A stretch of 51,284 bases of DNA from Gemmatimonadota bacterium. Lineage in GTDB: Bacteria; Gemmatimonadota; Gemmatimonadetes; Gemmatimonadales; Gemmatimonadaceae. Below the pieces are notes generated by a model. It was not told the DNA's origin. It saw only the letters and a program-made list of their open reading frames with translations, and made no database searches. Shown piece by piece: positions 47,821-51,284 of the stretch (its first letter is position 1; every line of letters starts with the position of its first letter). The position numbers were made by a program, and so were the translations under genes. The DNA lies in assembly GCA_040389905.1 (NCBI GenBank), contig JAZJZK010000019.1:1-51284 (forward strand), read 5' to 3'.

Positions 47821-50529
47821 TCAGCCCCCCTTGGCGGCGAAGATCGCCTGGAGGTCGGACGCGGTCCGCACATCACGACGGGCCCTGCGCGCAAACTCGC
47901 CTGCGGGATCGAGATCGATCACGCGCTCCCACCGCGCAATCGCGTCGCGGAAGCGCTTGCGTTCATTGAGAATCATTCCGTCGTAGTACAGCGCCCCGAC
48001 GTGCGATGGGTCGAATCGCAGAATACGCCGGAACGCCTTCATCGCGTCGCGCGGATTCCCCAACATCAAGAGCGTTTCGCCGAGCGCCAACAGGGCCTCG
48101 AAATGATAGGGATCGCGTTCGAGCAAGGCGATCAACTGCTCCAGGGCAGACTCGGCGCGGCCGGCCGCGCGACGCATGGACGCGAGTTCGAGCGTGGCTT
48201 CCGCGTACGTGGGCACGGCATCCAACGCCGCTTCCAATTCGTTTTCCGCTTCCCGCAACTGCCCCTTCGCGCGCAGCAGCCGCGCGAGCTGGAAGCGCAC
48301 GACGGCAAACTCACTATCGAGCTCCAACGCATGCCGATACGCCGTCATCGCCCCTTCGTTGTCACCGAGCGCGCGCGCGATGTCGCCGATGCGCTGATGC
48401 ACGTCAGGGCGGTGTGGCGCCAGCTTGCGCGCCGACTCGAGCGCGTCGAGCGCGCCGGCGGGATTCCCCGTATCTGCGCGCGCCCCTGCGACGAGCATGA
48501 CCGCCTCGACCATACCTGGCTGTGCAGCGGCGATCTCTTCGGCGATCGGAAGTGACTCGCGGGCGCGCCCCATCGCCAGAAGCGCCAGCGCTTCGCCAAT
48601 ACGTGGGCGTATCGCGCTGGGATCGGCGCTCCGTGCCTCACGGTAGCGCTCGATGGCTTCGCCGTGGACGCCCTGTCGCGCGTAGATGTCGCCGAGCAGC
48701 GTGTAGCCCTCCGCGGGCGACGCACCGCGCGACAGGGCGCGACTTACCTCTGCGGCCGCACGGTCGACGAGCCCCATGCCGAGATAGTCGACGGCCATGG
48801 CGTATGGATCGCTCGAGTCCTTCGCTGCACCCGACGCGGCGTCCGCCGCAGCCTCCGTCGGCGCCAGCGAGGTGAAGAGCGTATCGAGCACCGCGGAGTC
48901 GAACGAAAAATCCTCCACGGAATCATCGAGGCGGTGCACGGCGCCGAGATCGGGCTTGATCGAGAGGTCAGGATCCTCGTACTCGAGATCGATCGCAAGC
49001 TCGAACTTCTGCGCGACGTAATACGGGTCGAGCTCGAGCGCGCGCTTGGTCTCGCGGAGCGCACCTTCGAAATCACCGAGATGTGAGAGCGCAAAGCTCA
49101 GGTTGTAATGCGCCTCGGCCAGATCGGGGTTGGATTGCACGGCGCGCGCGAATGCATTGCGCGCATCCTCGAATCGCCGGAGCTCGTTGAGCACGAGACC
49201 GACGCCGTTCCACGCGGCCGCATCCTCGGGCACGCGCTCGAGGACGCTCCGGTACGCTTCGAGCGCAAGCTGAAATCGCTTTCCCTTCGCGAGCAGCAAC
49301 GCCAGATTCAATCGCGCTTTGACGAAGCCAGGCTGCGCTTTTAGCGCGTCCCAGAATGCCTCGATGGCGCCGTCCGTTTCTCCACAGTGATAGAGCGCGA
49401 CTCCGAGGTTGTTGAGCGCGAGTGAATAGCCGGGCTCCGCCTGCGTCGCGCGCCGGTAACTGTCGCGCGCCTCGGGAAAATTTCCGTCCTGATGGAGCGC
49501 GACGCCCCGTTCGTTCCAGAGCTTTGGGCTGATTGGCGCGAGCGCGAGCAGTTCGTCGTACAGCGCGACGGCCGCCTTTGGCTCTCGGCGCAGCAAATGG
49601 ACTTCCGCCATCGCTTGAAGGACGAGCGGACGATCTTCTCCCCGTTCGAGCGCCTTCGCATACTCGCGCAGGGCTTCGCCGTAATACCCCTTTTGCCGGA
49701 AGGCCAGACCGAGGTTGAACTGCGCGAGTTGTCCTTCGGCCAGCGATTCCATGGGCACGCGCATCGAGCCGCGGCTCGGCGTGTCCGTCGTTCTCCGCTG
49801 CGCCCGTCGCTCGTCGATCGCGAGATTCGCCTGCGCACGCGAGAGTGTGGGGTTGAGCTGGATCGCTCGTCTCGTGACGTCGCGCGCCTCTTCATGCAAG
49901 CCGAGGTCGCCGAGCACGAAGCCCATCAGGTAATAGGCATCCGGATTGGACGGATTGAGCTCGATGGCGCGGCGCAAGGCGGACAGGGCACCTTCGTTCA
50001 CGCCGCGATTGTACAGCACCTCGCCGATGTAGAAGTTGACGACCGACGATGACGGGTCGAGCGTCAGCGCGCGTTCGAGGTAGCCCAGCGCCTTATCCAG
50101 GTCCCCGTTCGTGCGCTCGGCCAGTGCGAGCTGCACCATGGCTCCGGTGTCACCAGGGTGATATCGAAGCAACTCGCCGAATGACTCCGCGGCTTCTGCC
50201 GCCTGACCGAGCAAGGCGTGGATCCGGCCGAGTTCCCAACGTGTATCGCGGTCGTCGGGTTTTGCGCGGAGGCGCTCCATGAGCTCGCCGACGCGTTTGT
50301 CGTAATACCCTGTGTTGAAGTACGCGATCTCGAGGTTGCGCTGGGCCACCTGCATCTTCGCGTCCAGCTCCAACGCGCGCATGAAGGCGGCAACGGACTC
50401 CTCATAGAGTCCCTTGTTGTAATAGAGAACGCCCAGGTTGTTGTGCGCGCCGGCATCCGATGGATCGATGCGCCGCGCGAACGACCGGAGTACGTCGCGA
50501 TCCCGTTCAGATGTGAGAGGCGTATCCAT
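47821..50529 (-). CDS. Large multi-TPR protein (902 aa)
   Basis: Numerous canonical TPRs (AHNNLGVLYY, RAIELNP, AHYNLSFAL) in about three arrays. Confidence 0.92.
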   Translation of the reverse strand: MDTPLTSERDRDVLRSFARRIDPSDAGAHNNLGVLYYNKGLYEESVAAFMRALELDAKMQVAQRNLEIAYFNTGYYDKRVGELMERLRAKPDDRDTRWELGRIHALLGQAAEAAESFGELLRYHPGDTGAMVQLALAERTNGDLDKALGYLERALTLDPSSSVVNFYIGEVLYNRGVNEGALSALRRAIELNPSNPDAYYLMGFVLGDLGLHEEARDVTRRAIQLNPTLSRAQANLAIDERRAQRRTTDTPSRGSMRVPMESLAEGQLAQFNLGLAFRQKGYYGEALREYAKALERGEDRPLVLQAMAEVHLLRREPKAAVALYDELLALAPISPKLWNERGVALHQDGNFPEARDSYRRATQAEPGYSLALNNLGVALYHCGETDGAIEAFWDALKAQPGFVKARLNLALLLAKGKRFQLALEAYRSVLERVPEDAAAWNGVGLVLNELRRFEDARNAFARAVQSNPDLAEAHYNLSFALSHLGDFEGALRETKRALELDPYYVAQKFELAIDLEYEDPDLSIKPDLGAVHRLDDSVEDFSFDSAVLDTLFTSLAPTEAAADAASGAAKDSSDPYAMAVDYLGMGLVDRAAAEVSRALSRGASPAEGYTLLGDIYARQGVHGEAIERYREARSADPSAIRPRIGEALALLAMGRARESLPIAEEIAAAQPGMVEAVMLVAGARADTGNPAGALDALESARKLAPHRPDVHQRIGDIARALGDNEGAMTAYRHALELDSEFAVVRFQLARLLRAKGQLREAENELEAALDAVPTYAEATLELASMRRAAGRAESALEQLIALLERDPYHFEALLALGETLLMLGNPRDAMKAFRRILRFDPSHVGALYYDGMILNERKRFRDAIARWERVIDLDPAGEFARRARRDVRTASDLQAIFAAKGG

Positions 50530-50570
50530 TTTACTGGACCCGACTCCGCGGCAAGAGGCGAACGGACTTT

Positions 50571-50686
50571 ACCGCAGAGGGCGCAGAGGAGCAGAGGACC
50601 GCAGAGGAAAAGCGGAAAAGCCAAATGGCCTCCTGGCTCTTTCTGGTCTCCTTTGCGTTCCTCTGCTCCTCTGCGCCCTCTGCGGT
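50571..50686. repeat. Family B hairpin inside the che operon
   Basis: Perfect 28-bp inverted repeat ACCGCAGAGGGCGCAGAGGAGCAGAGGA (50571-50598 / 50659-50686). Confidence 0.92.
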
Positions 50687-50736
50687 CAAAACGAGACGCA
50701 TCGCCGACTGAAACAGACTGCCTCCTACGGACATAC

Positions 50737-51284
50737 CTACGCGACCCGCACTGCCCGAAGAATGGCCTGCAACGACGCAGGATCGGGAAGCAACAAGAAG
50801 AATCCGCGCAGTTTCTCCCCCACATCATGCATGAAGAATTCGCTCTCGACGCAGAAGACATAGTCCTTGTCGGAGCCGAATTGCAGGTAGGCCGTCGTGA
50901 GCACCGCGTCGCTCATGTCGATCGCCAGTGACGGTGGCGATGGGAGGAGCATCATCCCCATGAAATCGCTCAACGCGTTCATGTACGCGCTGCTGAGGAT
51001 GTTTCCCGCCTCCTTGATCGCGGACTGTTCCATCTCCCCGAGATCATGGCTCGTGCCCACGGGGCGGCGGAGCATCAACTCCGCCAGGCGCATCGCGGTG
51101 CCTTTGGGAAAGACGAGGAGCGTACGCCCGGTCAAGTCGCCCATCATGTGCATCAAGACCGCAGCCACCGGCTCTTCCGGTGCCGAGATTTGCGGAGGAA
51201 CCTCCTCCAGCCGCGAGATGTTGATCGTCGGCACGCTGATCATGATGGTGCTGTTGATCATCTGCGAGAGCGCCGTCGCCGCGT
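50737..51284 (-). CDS. cheC: CheY-P phosphatase CheC (5' end outside window)
   Basis: Frame is open to the window edge (AATALSQMI...SVP); SAIKEAGNILSSAYMNALS ExxN motif; PSPPSLAIDM. Confidence 0.92.
   Translation of the reverse strand, partial: AATALSQMINSTIMISVPTINISRLEEVPPQISAPEEPVAAVLMHMMGDLTGRTLLVFPKGTAMRLAELMLRRPVGTSHDLGEMEQSAIKEAGNILSSAYMNALSDFMGMMLLPSPPSLAIDMSDAVLTTAYLQFGSDKDYVFCVESEFFMHDVGEKLRGFFLLLPDPASLQAILRAVRVA

Noticed and set aside
50531..50734. Small ORFs over family B hairpins (also 7573-7947, 34606-34860)
   Set aside because: TAEDAE/TAEGAE-type peptides are translations of repeat arms, with no SD or coupling.

Overview
GC-rich bacterial chromosomal DNA, probably Gemmatimonadota (inferred from gene content and order, not searched). 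(1) 1-13 kb, accessory region: secreted NHL-repeat protein, Gfo/Idh/MocA oxidoreductase, UPF0303-like protein, a YtrA-type GntR/ABC operon with two paralogous permeases, a flavin amine oxidase, a lone PD-(D/E)xK nuclease-fold gene and a VWA-like membrane protein. (2) 13-31.2 kb, minus strand: dcw cluster rsmH-ftsL-ftsI-murE-murF-mraY-murD-ftsW-murG-[antisense TonB-C gene]-murC-ftsQ-ftsA-ftsZ-M23 peptidase, with no mraZ, murB or ddl. (3) 31.3-34.7 kb: YegS-like kinase, secreted TPR protein, tRNA-Val(TAC) and a 57-aa membrane protein missing from the ORF track. (4) 34.7-51.3 kb, minus strand: a tightly coupled signalling operon with cheC, cheR, cheD, cheB and two cheW interleaved with mglB/mglA, two more roadblock proteins, TPR and DUF4388 proteins (one with a tandem MshEN c-di-GMP motif), an ExeA-like ATPase and a protein of two DnaA-type AAA+ domains lacking a DNA-binding domain. 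Several REP/MITE-like palindrome families are scattered through the window, and one is translated in frame inside two genes. The best candidates for undescribed biology are the Che-Mgl-tandem-DnaA operon and the protein-coding REP family. All calls come from motif recognition by eye.
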